From NCBI GenBank assembly GCA_951406725.2, contig OX597816.1, positions 131,130,001 to 131,194,000 on the forward strand: a DNA stretch of 64,000 nucleotides, given 5' to 3'. Positions 1-13,585 of the stretch are shown here, one piece after another. The notes below the pieces were generated by a model. That model was not told the origin of the DNA and searched no databases. It saw only the letters and a program-made list of their open reading frames with translations. The position numbers and the translations under genes were made by a program. Source of the stretch: Octopus vulgaris (lineage: Eukaryota). The first letter of the stretch is position 1; each line of letters starts with the position of its first letter.

Positions 1-872
1 TAATGTATATATATATATATATATAATACTGGAAAAGTCATTTTAGTCACTAAAGAACATTAAAAAACTGTTATACTCACTTTTTGTTTATTTCCTAATG
101 GCACCGTTTATTATCTCAAAAAATTCCTAATAAAACGATTGGTCCCGGCTGTTTGGAAGCTAGCGATTTGGTACGGTTGACTGGACATTGAACTTGTTTT
201 GGGCAAAGGTACAGTTTGGCATTGGAGACAAATACACACACACGCACACAGACGCTCGCGCGCGCACATACTCGTACACGCAGAAATATGCATATATACA
301 TAGTGAAACGTGGGAGAGTGTGGTAGAGAGGGACGAAGAGAGAGAGAAAGAGGGGAGAGAGGGACTTCACAATTTACTGATTGAACACGATTGACATAAA
401 CTCTTTCCCTCTCCTCATACACATAAAGAGACATATTCTCACAAGTATAAACAAAGAATAGTGAAGGGAGCAGAAGAGAAACGGGAGAACAAGAGAAGCG
501 TTAAAACGTCAAAAGTCAAATAAGCCAACATCGAATCAGCAACGTCAAATAGGTGGCGCCATAACAGCTCTGCCAAAACGTTTCATACTCCGAAATGTTT
601 CATCACACTTCTACAACTTAGCTGGTCACTGACACAACTCTACTGTATCTTGCGATATTTTGTAAGCCTCGAGGGATTTCTTTCTTTCAAATATCAAACG
701 TTCAAACAACAACAATACAGTCGACCCACGGGTCCAAGAGAACAACTGTTAAGATGGTCAACATTAAGTTGAATATCTTTGCAGAAAAGTTAAACAGATT
801 CTGTCAGTGGACCTAATACACATCTTTTTGATCTCTTGGGCTTATAATGTTTTAACTTTAAGATTACTCTTC

Positions 873-1222
873 AAGGCGGCGAGCTGGCAGAAACGTTAGC
901 ACCCCGGGCGAAATGCGTAGCCGTATTTCGTCTGCCGTTACGTTCTGAGTTCAAATTCCGCCGAGGTCGACTTTGCCTTTCATCCTTTCGGGGTCGATAA
1001 ATTAAGTACCAGTTACGCACTGGTAATCGACTTAATCCGTTTGTCTGTCCTTGTCTGTCCTCTCTGTGTTTAGGTATTTCATCTGTCTTTACGTTCTGAG
1101 TTCAAATTCCTCCGAGGTCGACTTTGCCTTTCATCCTTTCGAAGTTGAGTACTGAAGTCGATGTAATCGACTTACGTCGTCCCCTGAAGTTGCTGGCCTC
1201 ATGCCAAAATTTGAAACCAATA
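873..1222 (+). mobile_element. SINE family A (tRNA-like head, TTTGCCTTTCATCCTTTCGGGGTCGATAA body): one copy plus a partial tandem copy
   Basis: Box A/B-like GAGCTGGCAGAA and GAGTTCAAATTC. Further copies near 1592-1822(+), 2548-2762(-), 19269-19482(-), 22838-22975(-), 32370-32545(+), 36080-36299(-), 39240-39457(-), 40180-40400(+), 40455-40630(-), 46605-46825(+). Confidence 0.88.
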
Positions 1223-3944
1223 TACTTCACCTTTCTCGGCAACGCAGTATCGATATTCCTGAAATTTTGGATTTCTTTAAGTTCACTGCTGCTGAAAATG
1301 AATTGGTCACAGCTATAGGTTTCTTACATTTCTTGTGTAATAACTATTGATTTATTACATTATATGCAAAAAGAACAAAATAAACATTAATCACAGGAAG
1401 TGATTTGAACTTTATAAATAGCTATTGAAATTGTGACTAATTCAATGTGAACAGAGCCTTTTCATGATGAAGATATTTTTCAGCTTCTATTCTAGATCGT
1501 TTATAAAAAAATAAAAGCACTAATCTTAATCCTAATCTTAAACCTAATCTTCAGCTGTAACTTTAAGAGCTTATTATACGTTCACAGTAGCAAGGTGGGG
1601 GAGCCAACAGAATCGTCAGCACGCCAGAGAAACTGCTTAGCGGCATTTCGTCCGTCTTTACGCTCTGAGTTCAAATTCTGCTGAGGTCGCCAAAGTCGAC
1701 TATGCCTTTCATTCCTTTCGGGGCCGATAGAAGAAGTGACAGTTGAGCACTGCGGTCGATGTAATCGACTTACCCGCTCCCCACAAAAGTTCAGGCCTTG
1801 TGCTTATAGTAGAAAGGATTATACGTTCTCGATCGTTTAAAGTGATATTGTCATTTACTTTGGATTCTAAAAATCACAAATTGTCTTCTATGCTTGACAG
1901 TTGCGAAAAACAAGTTTCGTTGCTTCATTGGCAAATAATTTATATACACGCGCGCACACTCACACACACACAGACATTCTTATATATTTGTGTGTGTGCG
2001 TGATCTGATGGCCAGCGAATCTCGTATATTTATGTATACTTATGTCTGTACTTGTGCGCACGTGCGTAAGCATGTGGCGTGGTGGTGGTGGTGGTGGTGG
2101 TGGTGGTGATGTCTGTGTGTGAGCGAGTTTGCTTGTGCATATAAATTAATGCCAAATGGAGCAATGAAATGTATTTTTTCACTGGAATTCCAACCTACTT
2201 TGCTCAATTTCCTTTGTTGTTGTTGTTGATGTTCTTGTTGCTGGTGGTGGTGGTGATGGTGGCGATAGTGATGCGATAGTGTTGGTAAGCGTGAGTTAAA
2301 GTGATATTATTATTATTAGTGGTGTTCTGTAACATCTGCCAAATACTATGTCAAGGAACCAATTTATCACCCGAAACTTTCGCCACACCCTTTAAAGAAC
2401 TAGTTTCGGTCTTTTCATTAACTTTACAAATACCTCCTTTTCACACCTACCTACTCCTTCTCCCCACTCTCACACATCTTTGACCCCCCCCCCACTGAAA
2501 TTATATACACGCACCTTTAAAATACTGATCTTCAAGAACCAAGAAATTCTTTCTAATTTTGGCATCAGGCCAACAATTTTAAGGGAGGGATTACTTGACT
2601 TCATTGACCCCAGGGCTCAACTGGTATTTATTTCATCGACCGCGAAAGGATGAAAGGCAAAATCGACCTCGGTGGAATTTGAGCCCAGTGCATAAAATTG
2701 GATGAAATGCCGCCAGGCATTTTGTCCGGCATGCAAGCAATTCTCGCAGCTGTCCGCCTTCACCAAATCACAATAACTCCATATACATAAAACTACACAA
2801 TTCTGTCTTTGTTAGTTTTACTCTTATTGGATTTCTTCATTCCCTTTCTTTTCTCTTTCTTTTTTTATCCCCTCGAAAAGAATCTATCTGGTCCTCTGGA
2901 ATATGTAACGACGTTACCACACGGCTTTTCATAAGCTGGAGTATAGATATTTTATCCCACGTACAAATGCAAGAGAGTAAGTTACTTGGCCCTTTCTAAT
3001 CAGATAAATCCATCAACACTTTTTAAAGTATTGGGAATTATGAGTAGTGATACATAATGTCCCATAAAACTTCTAGTGTCATGAAGTAAAAGAAAAAGAA
3101 AGAAGAAAAGTGGGAGAGCGATTACCTTAATGTCTCTTCGAAAACGTAAACATGATTAGATCGCCATTTTACGGAGGAAAAGTGAACAATTTGGTAGTTC
3201 GTTCAACTGATCAGTTAAGGTCTTATAAGATATCACAATTGACCTGAGGCTTAAACAACATCACGGGCTCCTCACATATTGTGTCTTTTCGTAATGTTTG
3301 AGGAGGAGGACTGGAAGATTTATATTCAGGTTGTTACTGAAATGAAAGTTTCAAGGACCTTATTTCAAGTTACTACCTGAAAGTCGAGTTAGTTTGCTTC
3401 AGGTCAGTCTTGAATAAGCAAACATATGATCAAAAGCCTTCCAGCCGAGACCACGCTATCTTGTTTACAAGTATAGTGTGTATAGAGCTATATCATCGAC
3501 TGTCTTTTTTTCTTTTCTTGAGATGACAGGGGGTGATTCGTAGGTAGATTTGGCTACTATTTCCTACGGTATGTGCGACCTTATATATGCTTCGTCGTTG
3601 GTTGGTTCGTGTTCTCGTTTGATAGCCAAGTGTTTCTCACTAAGACGGCATGAAGATAGAAAAAAGGTCAGACAAAATGGTTTTCCACTTTAACCTTGTC
3701 CATCACAATAGCGAAAAGAGAAGAATTATATGTATTATATGTGTGTCTTATCTTGGGCCATCACATCCAGTGTTCCCCTTTCTTTATTCAATACGGTAGT
3801 GTTAGGGAGATTTGGCTGCTATTTCATGCAGATCAAACCACATAAAGGTCACCTTTGTTGCTGTTGTTGGTTAACTTCAAGTCGGCCCTAAAGGAGGAGA
3901 CATGTTCAAAGCCCACCCAGCTATAACTATTTCATTATATTTTA

Positions 3945-4004
3945 CACACTCACACACACACAAACGCGTGTGCATATATGTATGTATGTATGTATGTATG
4001 TATA

Positions 4005-4036
<32 letters not shown>

Positions 4037-4045
4037 CATATATAC

Positions 4046-4076
<31 letters not shown>

Positions 4077-4097
4077 CATATATATACATATATATAC

Positions 4098-4147
<50 letters not shown>

Positions 4148-4185
4148 TATATATATATACATACATACATACATACATACATACA

Positions 4186-4217
<32 letters not shown>

Positions 4218-4283
4218 CATATATACATACATACATATATACATACATACCGTCAGGATAATATATCACTTTAAACTCATTTC

Positions 4284-4345
<62 letters not shown>
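3945..4345. repeat. Compound microsatellite block (CA, TATG, TA, CATA), representative of dozens in the window
   Basis: Other large tracts: (GA)n/(GAAA)n 6225-6330, (TATG)n 14612-14685 and 15705-15830, (AGAT)n 17753-17857, (GGAT)n 36678-36775, (TA)n 48040-48220, (AAT)n 63429-63473. Confidence 0.98.
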
Positions 4346-4347
<2 letters not shown>

Positions 4348-4382
4348 GAAATGGGTTTAAAGTGATTCATTATCCTGACGGT
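4249..4382. repeat. Palindrome: 38 bp inverted arms around (TA)n
   Basis: ACCGTCAGGATAATATATCACTTTAAACTCATTTCCGA versus its reverse complement at 4345-4382, with 3 mismatches. Confidence 0.9.
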
Positions 4383-5029
4383 CACCGTTTTTCCGATTAA
4401 GTCGGTTTCAGATACCAGCTAACCACAACAGTCCTTATGTGGTACCCGAGCTAACAATAAGTCGCTAGTCCCTGGTAACTTTTCTCGCCGGGTGAATCCG
4501 AGTGTCCTGTTCAGGACTGCATATTTTCCGTAGTGTAAATAAATAATAGTATTAATAATAATGATGAGAACGGAGATTTTTCACATCCATTATTCTATTT
4601 AACAGTTATTTACAGCATCTTTAAATAAAATTATAAAATAAATAAAAGTATGGATGTGAAAAATCTCTGTTCTACTTATAATAATTAATACCCTTGTGGT
4701 CAATAAAAGAAATCATTATTAATACTATATATATAAAAACTACCTAGGACTATATTTTTCAATGACTCATTAAGACTGTACGGTGACTGGAGAAGATTTG
4801 GCTACTATTTTTAGCTGGACGAATGGTTACGGAGTTCTCGCGTTTGGTTGTCTGCGCGCGGGAGTGTGTCGTTTTTGTTGTTGCTGTTGTTATTGCTTGG
4901 CCCCAAGACAACCCTGGTCGGACCAACTTATAATCCTTAGCAGTCCAGTCATGACCATCCCGACTTTTCTCTTTACACAGAAACCTCAGGATGACCACAT
5001 TATCCAATGCGTTTTTTTTTTCTTTCATT

Positions 5030-5305
5030 AATTTCAAGACACATCTCGCGGCTGCTCTGAGATGCATTATCAGAGATGATTCTTGTGGGGTCTCCGAAGT
5101 GAGGTTCGAATCCTTCAAGATCAGAAACCCCTTCGCCAAGTTGACCCAACTGGGATTGATCTAGAACCCAGCTTGCATCCCAGAAGCATCAAACCACTGG
5201 TCTATCCTCTTTTCCCAAAGTCACCTCATGGCCTTCTCTACAGCCTCGGTGATGGAATTCATGGCCCACATCTTTCCTGCACAAGTAATTCCAAAGTCTA
5301 ATCAG
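5030..5305 (-). mobile_element. HERO-like (RLE-type) non-LTR retrotransposon 3' end
   Basis: Minus strand reads GITCAGKMWAMNSITEAVEKAMR*LWEKRIDQW, matching the AIxxIxEAAEKASRWLW C-terminal motif as I recall it, followed by a HERO-like 3' UTR. Confidence 0.6.
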
Positions 5306-5937
5306 AGCTTTGCAGAATGAACATGATACACTAGCTAAAGATGCGCTCGTCTAATTGTGATTAGATGAGATCGGAACCCGTTACTTTAGACACTGCATAA
5401 TACTAACCATGCAATCAGACGGTCCAACAAAAATAAAAGAAATTGCAACACCAAAGTGTATTTATATGTGTAAAATATGTATAACGATGAGGGATATTTG
5501 GCTGTAGTTTTTACCAGGTCCAGCGGCCAATCAGAGACTTCCCTATTGGCTCTTGGTTGACGCTGGTGCCGTTGCTGTCGTAATCAGTGTTCTTTTTTAT
5601 ATTTTTCTGTTTTTCTTTTCTTGATGTTTTTTTTTCCTCACCACCACCATCACCACTTCCCGCTTCTTTCTCTTCCTTCATCAGTTCACTCTCTCGTTCT
5701 CTTGTCTTTTTCTCACTCGTTCTTTTCCATCAATAGTTCATCCATCAGCTTTACAATCTCTACTGTTGATGTTTCAAATGAAACAAAGTTGACAGTTTTC
5801 CATTATCTCAATCTTGCTATTTCTCCACCTCCCTTTCTTTCTCCCTCTCATTCTTTTATTCACTTTGTGTGTGTGTGTGTGTGTGTGTGTACTTTGTTCT
5901 TTCCCTTTTTCTAACATCCCTTCTCTTTCTCTCTTCT

Positions 5938-5979
<42 letters not shown>

Positions 5980-6222
5980 GCACACACACATGATGTACAC
6001 ATACACACACACACAATATACCTACATATGCACACACACACACACACACACACTAATGAGCATTAAAAAAAATTACAAGTGCAATCATGTTCATACATAC
6101 AAACACACGAACTCATTCAGACACAAACTATGCATACACTAAAACTAAAAACATGCATAAACAAACACACAGAAACACGAACACATAATACACAACAAAT
6201 ACATACACAAACTAACAGAGAA

Positions 6223-6325
<103 letters not shown>

Positions 6326-7589
6326 GAGGGAGAGATGAACTACTAAAAGTTAAGTTGAAGAAACTTTACTTCTATCCCACCAGCACGTGCTTCCAAGCTT
6401 TCCGAATATTGAAATGATTACAAATAAAAGCCTTATAACAACAACAGCAACAAAAAGTGAAAAATAAGTAGACGCGAAAAGAGGCGAAAAGAAAGAAGGA
6501 TATTTAATCTAAAGCTGTTACTCTGCCGATATCGTTCTAACACAGCCGATTATTTTGATATGCGTCTGTCGTGAGGTCATGCGTTATCAAAACTCAAATA
6601 ACTCAAACGCAAAACGTTCGCAAAACGTTCTAGTTGAGGTTTGTTCGTCGACAACTTAACTTTGGTAGCTTTTTATCTATGTTTAACAGCAACGGAGTGT
6701 CGAGAAGCTGGAAAGTGAACCGCTTGATATAGCGTTGTTGTTGCTCTTGCTGCCACTGCTGCTGTTTAGCTCCAAGCTTCTACCACAGTCATGGGTAAAC
6801 TGCAGCCCACGGAACTTTTTGAATGGCATGCCAAGCGAAAAATTACCTATTTTTCTTTCTGGTAGTACTACCATGTCTCATGCGGACCGTTTCTCAAAAA
6901 AGGTTACCCATACTTGCCGGGCTCGTTTTAAGCCAGATATATTTGTTCAAATTGGGCCCCACGCCAAGAGAAGGCCACGCGTACACATTTGAGCGGAGGA
7001 AAACTATGATGAGTTTTTAGTATATCGTTATGGCCAATGGTGGTGCTTCAAGCCCTCAATGCTTTTTGATTGGGACTGGCGTACTACACAGAGCATAAAA
7101 CATCAATCTTCAGCTTTTGTAATAGTAGAGAGCCCCATTAATAATTCTCTAATTGGGCCTCGCACTTCCTAGCGCTTGCTCTCCATGCTTGCTCTACCAC
7201 CTCCAAAAGAAGATCTAATCGAGAAAACTCTCATTTTTAGACATCATGATAAAAAAAGTCAACAATCAAATCATAACTGACATCTATTTATAAACCACCT
7301 GATTCAAAACAATATCTCCTCTTTAACTCATGCCACCCGAAACACATCAAAATAAATATCCCTTTCAATTCGAGACCTTCGTCTTCAAGACCTCAAAACA
7401 ACTCTTTGCGGCAGAGGTTCAATAACCCACCTACTGGATCTAGCGAACATTTGCATTTAAATACCAACTAAGGAGATGTAAACCACAATGAAAAACACCA
7501 GTAGCAGAAATACTTATGATACAGCTAGTGCGGTAACAACGCCGATAAATGGAGTCGGAACTGCCTTATATACAAATAAATACGATAAA

Positions 7590-8560
7590 TGATCATGCAG
7601 AGAAAAATCAAAATGTCTTTTGATGAATCTCTGTATAAGTACAAATCTTGTATATAAATGTACCGTCCACACAAGGGAAGGGCCCTATGTTTACATTGGG
7701 CAGACGGCTGATTCATTTAAGAATCGTTATCGTAACCATGTTGCCAGCTTTAAGACAATCAATAAGAGACGTTCAACATCTTTGGTAGATTTTGTATGGT
7801 AACTGAAGGAGGATAAAATGCAGTACAACATTAATTGGTCCATAGTAAGGTATGCGAAACCATACAATATAATTTCCAGGAGACGCCGTCTCCGCTCCGA
7901 GTAATCTCTGTCTATTCTGTGGACTAACGAGAAGATAATAAATAGAATTTCTGAACGACTCTCGAGATGCCTACATGCATATAAATGTACTTTCGCACAA
8001 TGCCGTGAGAATGAATTTTGAGTAACTGTTGACTTAATTTACCTTAAGGTATGGGTGACTTAAGTTTACTTTTAACCTCCCCATTCTTATAAACACCAAG
8101 TAGATAACTAACTCGCTTTGTGATCATGAGTACACCAAACCTCACGTGTGCGTATGCTCACATTTTTGCGGATGCTAGTATGAGCGAGTGTACTCACTCC
8201 ATGCAGCTTTCCTGAGGGCGTTTATACATCCATATCTGTTAATGGTTATTTCTAATACTTTTCTCGATGGATTGTGTATTCGTTTCTCTTTTTGCCATCT
8301 ATGATTTTATTTTTGATCTATATAAATGAAGATATTTCCTCCGTCTGGCTGCTTTTCTCTCTACAAAACGGAAAGTTACATTGCGGAACGGTCATTTTAA
8401 TGAGTTGTATTTATTTATCACCCGACAAGATACATCGGCACCGCCGGATGCTCCTGAACCAGTTGCTGAGTGTCCCACCCAAGAGGAATCGATGCTAGAT
8501 GTGTCGAAACAATTGTCGTGATTAATAATGAATTCTCGTATATTCCATATTCCGTCTTTC
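7590..8560 (+). mobile_element. Penelope-like element 3' part: GIY-YIG endonuclease remnant plus pseudo-LTR
   Basis: NLVYKCTV...YVYIGQTADSFKNRYRNHVASFK...STSLVDFVW*LKE...YNINWSI; degenerate hammerhead at 8417-8522 downstream. Confidence 0.88.
8417..8522 (+). ncRNA. Degenerate hammerhead motif with long stem II
   Basis: ATCAC-CCGACAA-GATACATC...GATGTGTC-GAAA-CAATTG-TC-GTGAT. Confidence 0.6.
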
Positions 8561-8709
8561 ATTTGCTATATGTGTGTGTGTGTGTGCGTGTGTATGTATG
8601 TATGTATGTATGTATGTATGTATGTATGTATGTATGTATATAAAAAATTTTTTCGTAATGAGATAAAAAACCAAGGCTGAGTAGATATTAGAACATTTAT
8701 AGATAGAAG

Positions 8710-8757
8710 GTCTTACAGCTGTTTCCAAGATATTTATTATACCCCTTTATCGGAGAC
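8710..8757 (-). ncRNA. Degenerate hammerhead motif, same family as 46001-46056
   Basis: Minus strand: GTCT-CCGATAA-AGGGGTAT AATAA ATATCTTG-GAAA-CAGCTG-TA-AGAC. Confidence 0.55.
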
Positions 8758-9177
8758 GGTGTGAGAGGATAGGTAAGTAATAGTTGATTTAGATATGATA
8801 CAAAATAGAGAGTGAGGTGGAGGAAAGAAAATAGATGTGAGATATGTAGGGATATTAGGTATTCCTATTTTAACCACACCAGATTTCGGATATTTATGAT
8901 GATATTCAACTACAATGTAAAACAAAACCTGGTTATCTCCGTCTTTCTGAAAGTACAGCATTCTGATGCCTATCCATTTAGACAGTAGTAATCATAATTT
9001 TTAGCGGCTTCATTTTCACCTTCGCAAAATATCAAATTTCCGTATGCACGAACTCCGGTTTGCCCTGTACTTTTGAGAATATTAATTTGGGTCTGCATTT
9101 CGGTCACCTTTGAAAATTAAGCATACACACACACACACACACACACATTCAGATTATGGAATACAAGCATCACTGAG

Positions 9178-10087
9178 GTAGGGTAAAATGAGTAATTTCT
9201 GATTTCTGATTTTTTCCTATTTTTTTCTTATCTGCTTGAAACCATTGCATTATAGATATTGCATCATCATTTTGTACAGTTGCGTTCTCTTTGGGAGTAA
9301 GCATAAATTAGCATAATTATTGTTGAGAGAGTTTGAAATAGCAGACAGGTATATTTTCCCCCAACTTTCATCCTATTGTAATTGAGGTTGCTGATAAAAT
9401 ATCCGGTTAATTTTTGGCGTTTAACAATCAATATTCTTTTCTCTGTTAGATTCCAACATGTCTAATTTGATAATTTTCAATTCTCAAAACAAATGTCTAA
9501 AGTGGGACAAAATGAGTAATGACTAGTTGCAGTAATTTCTTCCCTTTAACTGCATGGTGCGTAAATATTTCTAGAAGAGATCCAGCAGATCATGAAGAAA
9601 CTACAGAGGATATGTTATGTTGAGTTTTTAGATTTAATAGAGTTTCATTAACTTCATATCATACTCTTTTACTTGTTTCAGTCATGTGACTGTGGCCATG
9701 CTGAAGCACCACCTTTAGTCGAGCAAATCGACCCCAGGACTTATTCTTTGTAAGCCTAGTACTTATTCTATCGGTCTCTTTTGCAGAACCACTAAGTTAT
9801 GGGGACGTAAACACACCAGCATCGGATGTCAAGTGATGTTGGGGGAACAAACACACACACACAAACATATACACACACATACATATATATATATACGACG
9901 GGCTTCTTTCGGTTTCCGTCTACCAAATCCACTCACAAGGCTTTGGTCGGCCCGAGGCTATAGTAGAAGACACTTGCCCAAGATGCCACGCTGTGGGACT
10001 GAACCCGGAACCATATGGTTCGTAAGCAACCTACTTACCACACATCTATTCCTACGCTTGTGCCCATTTTGACCTCTTTCATAGATA

Positions 10088-10119
<32 letters not shown>

Positions 10120-10433
10120 ATGCATTTCTGATCTTTCTGATTCTAAGGATGGATATTGATATGTATGAGATTTGTTTCCAATGTAGTTCTGGAGAATTGG
10201 AAAGGTAAATTTAACTTGCTTTGCCTTACTCATTTTGCCCCATTTAAATTTGTCATTTGTATGCTCAAAGAGAACGGCGATAATTTTTGAAATAGTGTTC
10301 TAAATATATTATAGTATTTTTAATGCACTTAGTGAAAGTCATTTGCTTAGCTGAAAAAGGGAGAGAACGTTTGGAAAAAATATTTTTTCCTAAAGTCAAA
10401 AATGCAGTAAATATTACTCATTATGCTCCCTTA
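9178..10433. mobile_element. Non-autonomous DNA transposon interrupted by a SINE; partial rearranged copy at 10575-10780
   Basis: Ends GGGTAAAATGAGTAAT / ATTACTCATTATGCTCCC, with internal copies of the motif near 9503 and 10226; 10070-10203 is duplicated at about 10632-10753. Confidence 0.55.
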
Positions 10434-11317
10434 CTATATACTCTCTTACTATATACTTGTGTTTCCTAAACACCAGAAGCTGCAGTTCTTCGTTCAGAAA
10501 ATCCCTATAAAGACATATAGGGTTAAAAATACACAAAATACTTGGCGATTTTGTTTCGCCTAGCTCTATAGTATTGATAATATATATTTAGTCGAGTTTC
10601 GTTAACTTCATATCATCTGCCATTTTTCCATGAACCTCTTTCATAGATTTTTTTTTTTTTTTTTTTTTTTTGCATTTCTAATCTTTCTGATGTCTAAGGA
10701 TAGATATTGATATGTATGAGATTTCTTTCAAATGTAGTTCTGGAGAATTGAAAATTATTAGACATGTTGGAATCCAACAGCAGGAGTGGCTGTGTGGTAA
10801 GTAGCTTGCTTACCAACGACATACATGGTTCCTGGTTCAGTCCCACTGCGTGGCACCATGGCAAGTGTCTTCTACTATAGCCTCGGGTCGACCAATGCCA
10901 TGTGAGTAGATTTGGTAAATGGAAACTGAAAGAAGCCCGTCGTATATATATATGTGTGTGTGTGTGTGCGTGTGTGTGTACATGTTTGTGTGTCTGTGTT
11001 TATCCTTCCAATATCGCTTGACAACTTAGCGGTTCGGCAAAAGAGACCGATAGAATAAGTACTAAGCTTACAAAGAATAAGTCCTGTGGTCGATTTGCTC
11101 GACTAAAGGCAGTACTCCAGCATGGCCGCAGTCAAGTGACCGAAACAAATAAAAGAATAAAAGAATATAGCAGAAGACAGACAGGTGAGGGAACAACAAA
11201 CGAGGTGTATTAGTTTGACACTCGGGAAAATGGAAAGATCTTTGACGTTTCGAGCTTACGCTCTTTGGCAGAAGAGGAAGAGGGAGAAAAGACGAAGATA
11301 GAAAAATAAAACGTATA

Positions 11318-11418
11318 AGTTATTTGAGGTGGTCTATTCGTTCATCTACCTTGGAAGCTCTGTACAAAATTATGGAAATCTTGATACAGAAATACATCTG
11401 CGAATTCAGAGGGCAGTA
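11318..11418 (+). mobile_element. Short RTE RT fragment
   Basis: EVVYSFIYLGSSVQNYGNLDTEIHLRIQRA. Confidence 0.6.
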
Positions 11419-11486
11419 AAATCAACAATTTGTTTCGACTCATATATACTGGTGAATTTATAAAACAAATTCACATCTATGTATAC

Positions 11487-12275
11487 AAGTAACCGGACTG
11501 TTGCCATAGTAACGAAGCTAAAACACGCAGAGTGAAGCCGTTTGGCACAGATTGACCTTGAACTCTGCTGTGCGGGCGCACTTAGTTTTAATGTTCTAGC
11601 TCACTTCCGCTGTTACAGCAGTGCTTGGAAGGAAGGTGTGTAGCGTGTGATCGTCGCATTAACCATGACAAAGAAAGTTGTTATGGCGATACCTGCAAAG
11701 TTGCAGAAAATGTATGGAGAGGAGTGTATGATCTGCACACATGTGTACTAGTGGTTAAGATGTTTCCAAAGATGGCCCAATAAATGTCGACATTGACGAA
11801 CTGAGAAAAACATCGCAGATGTGCGTGCAACTGTGAGAGGAAATCGTCGAATCACCATCCGTGAGTTATCAGAGTATGTGCAGATTAGTTACGGTTCAGT
11901 TCAGTCTATTATCACTGCAGATTTGGGTACGAGACGCGTGTCTGCCAAGTATGTGCCAAAACTACTTTCAGCTGACCAAAAAGACACTCGGGTTTCAGTT
12001 GCACATCTCCTTGATTGTGTCGATGAACACTTTTTGAAAAATGTTCGTAGGCCTCTGAGCAGGTATCGCCAAGCTTTTAGTAAAATTTGATGCGACGATC
12101 ACACGCTACACAACTTCTCTCCAAGCACTGCTGTAAACAGCGGAAGTGAGCTAGAACGTTAAAACTTAATGCGCAGGCACAGCAGAGTTTAAGGTCAATC
12201 TGTGCCAAGGGGCTTCATTCTGCGTGCTCTAGCTTTGTTACTATAGCACCAGTCTGGATACTTATTGATCAGACC
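11487..12275 (+). mobile_element. Internally deleted mariner with ~175 bp terminal inverted repeats
   Basis: 11487-11659 mirrors 12090-12263. The interior encodes only the N-terminal HTH and linker (RRITIRELSEYVQISYGSVQSII...VSAKYVPKLLS); the catalytic domain is absent. Confidence 0.9.
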
Positions 12276-12379
12276 ACTGTCTTGATGTTTTGCGTTCTTG
12301 TCCCATTTTGTATTTTTATATAAATATATATATATATATATAAACATATAGCGACGTGCGTACACTTTGGTCTCTTACA

Positions 12380-13125
12380 TGTAAGTATATATTTATCTAA
12401 ATCTTGTACGACTCTATTTTTTCTATCCTTTTATTATTTCTTTCTATCAGCCCTTACACGCTTACTTCGTTCATTCCACTCTTCGTTGTTTCGTTTCCCC
12501 TCTCTCACATTTCCTTGCCATCTCTTCATGCTCACTTTCTCTCCTCTTTTCACTTAACTGTGTCCCTGTCATTTTTCTCGCCCCTCCTTATTTCTTCTAT
12601 CCCTCTGCCTCTACCTCTACCTCTTCTCTCCCCACGTGACCGGTGTTCGGCCAAGCCTGACCTTTCTTTCTTGGTTCGACTACTATCCGTGCACCATCTA
12701 TATTCCTCCCTGTGCCTGTGAAATCTTGTATCCCTTCCGTAAGGCTTTACTTCCACACACGCCAGCTTAATTTAATTCGTCCTTAGTCGAAAGACACCTG
12801 TTGTTATGCCCTGTTATTTGTATTTGTGTGACATTCTCCGTTTTTTTCCATCCTTATTTTCGTGTACATTCGCTGCTTTCTTCCAAGGAATCTAATGCTC
12901 TTAGCTTAGTTTTTTCTTGGGGCTGGCCATACTGGAGCAATCTCGAGTATAACCAGCCGAAATTGCATAGATAATTTGGCACTCGAGTGAGGAAAGAAAA
13001 CTCCGAATGACCCGCCCTTGTTTTCTTTGTATCGTCTATCTGGATGTTTTGTTGTCCCTTTTTGTGTCACTTAACTGTCTGGATGTTTTGCGTTTTTGTC
13101 CCATTTTGTATTTATATAAATAAAT
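12380..13125 (+). mobile_element. Unclassified interspersed element (possibly a PLE terminal repeat) with a duplicated end
   Basis: Terminal ~45 bp CTGTCT(T/G)GATGTTTTGCGTT.TTGTCCCATTTTGTATTT occurs at both 12277 and 13075, each followed by TA runs. Confidence 0.45.
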
Positions 13126-13134
13126 ATATGTATG

Positions 13135-13220
<86 letters not shown>

Positions 13221-13341
13221 GACAGAGAGACAGAGAGACAGAGAGCAATAAAAAATGGAGGGGGTCAATAGGTGGTTCATCAACTTTTAGACATTATGTT
13301 ATGTCAATTTATTTATTTATTTACTAAAATGACAACTTCAA

Positions 13342-13411
<70 letters not shown>

Positions 13412-13543
13412 TCATATAATCAGTAATGTACAAAATAAACAAATAAACTTGTAGTTCTGTAAACATTCAGGGTTTCCACACTAGGGCCTACACAAACTAC
13501 CACCGATTCTGAAGCGATGGAGTGCAAACGAAGATACATACGC

Positions 13544-13585
<42 letters not shown>

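Noticed and set aside
3877-4365. Many 60-150 aa ORFs rich in YI, CV, HT, MYVC, LS or RE repeats (here and throughout)
   Set aside because: They are translations of microsatellites that lack stop codons, not genes.
4370-4520. Hammerhead on the minus strand (CTGAACA ... GAAACCGA)
   Set aside because: The core is mutated, and stem III and the cleavage triplet do not line up with a stem I.
6683-6992. Overlapping ORFs on both strands (Leu-rich signal-like peptide; Ser/Asn-rich peptide ending RCC)
   Set aside because: Driven by TTG/CTG triplet runs, with no recognisable homology; cannot be supported as coding.
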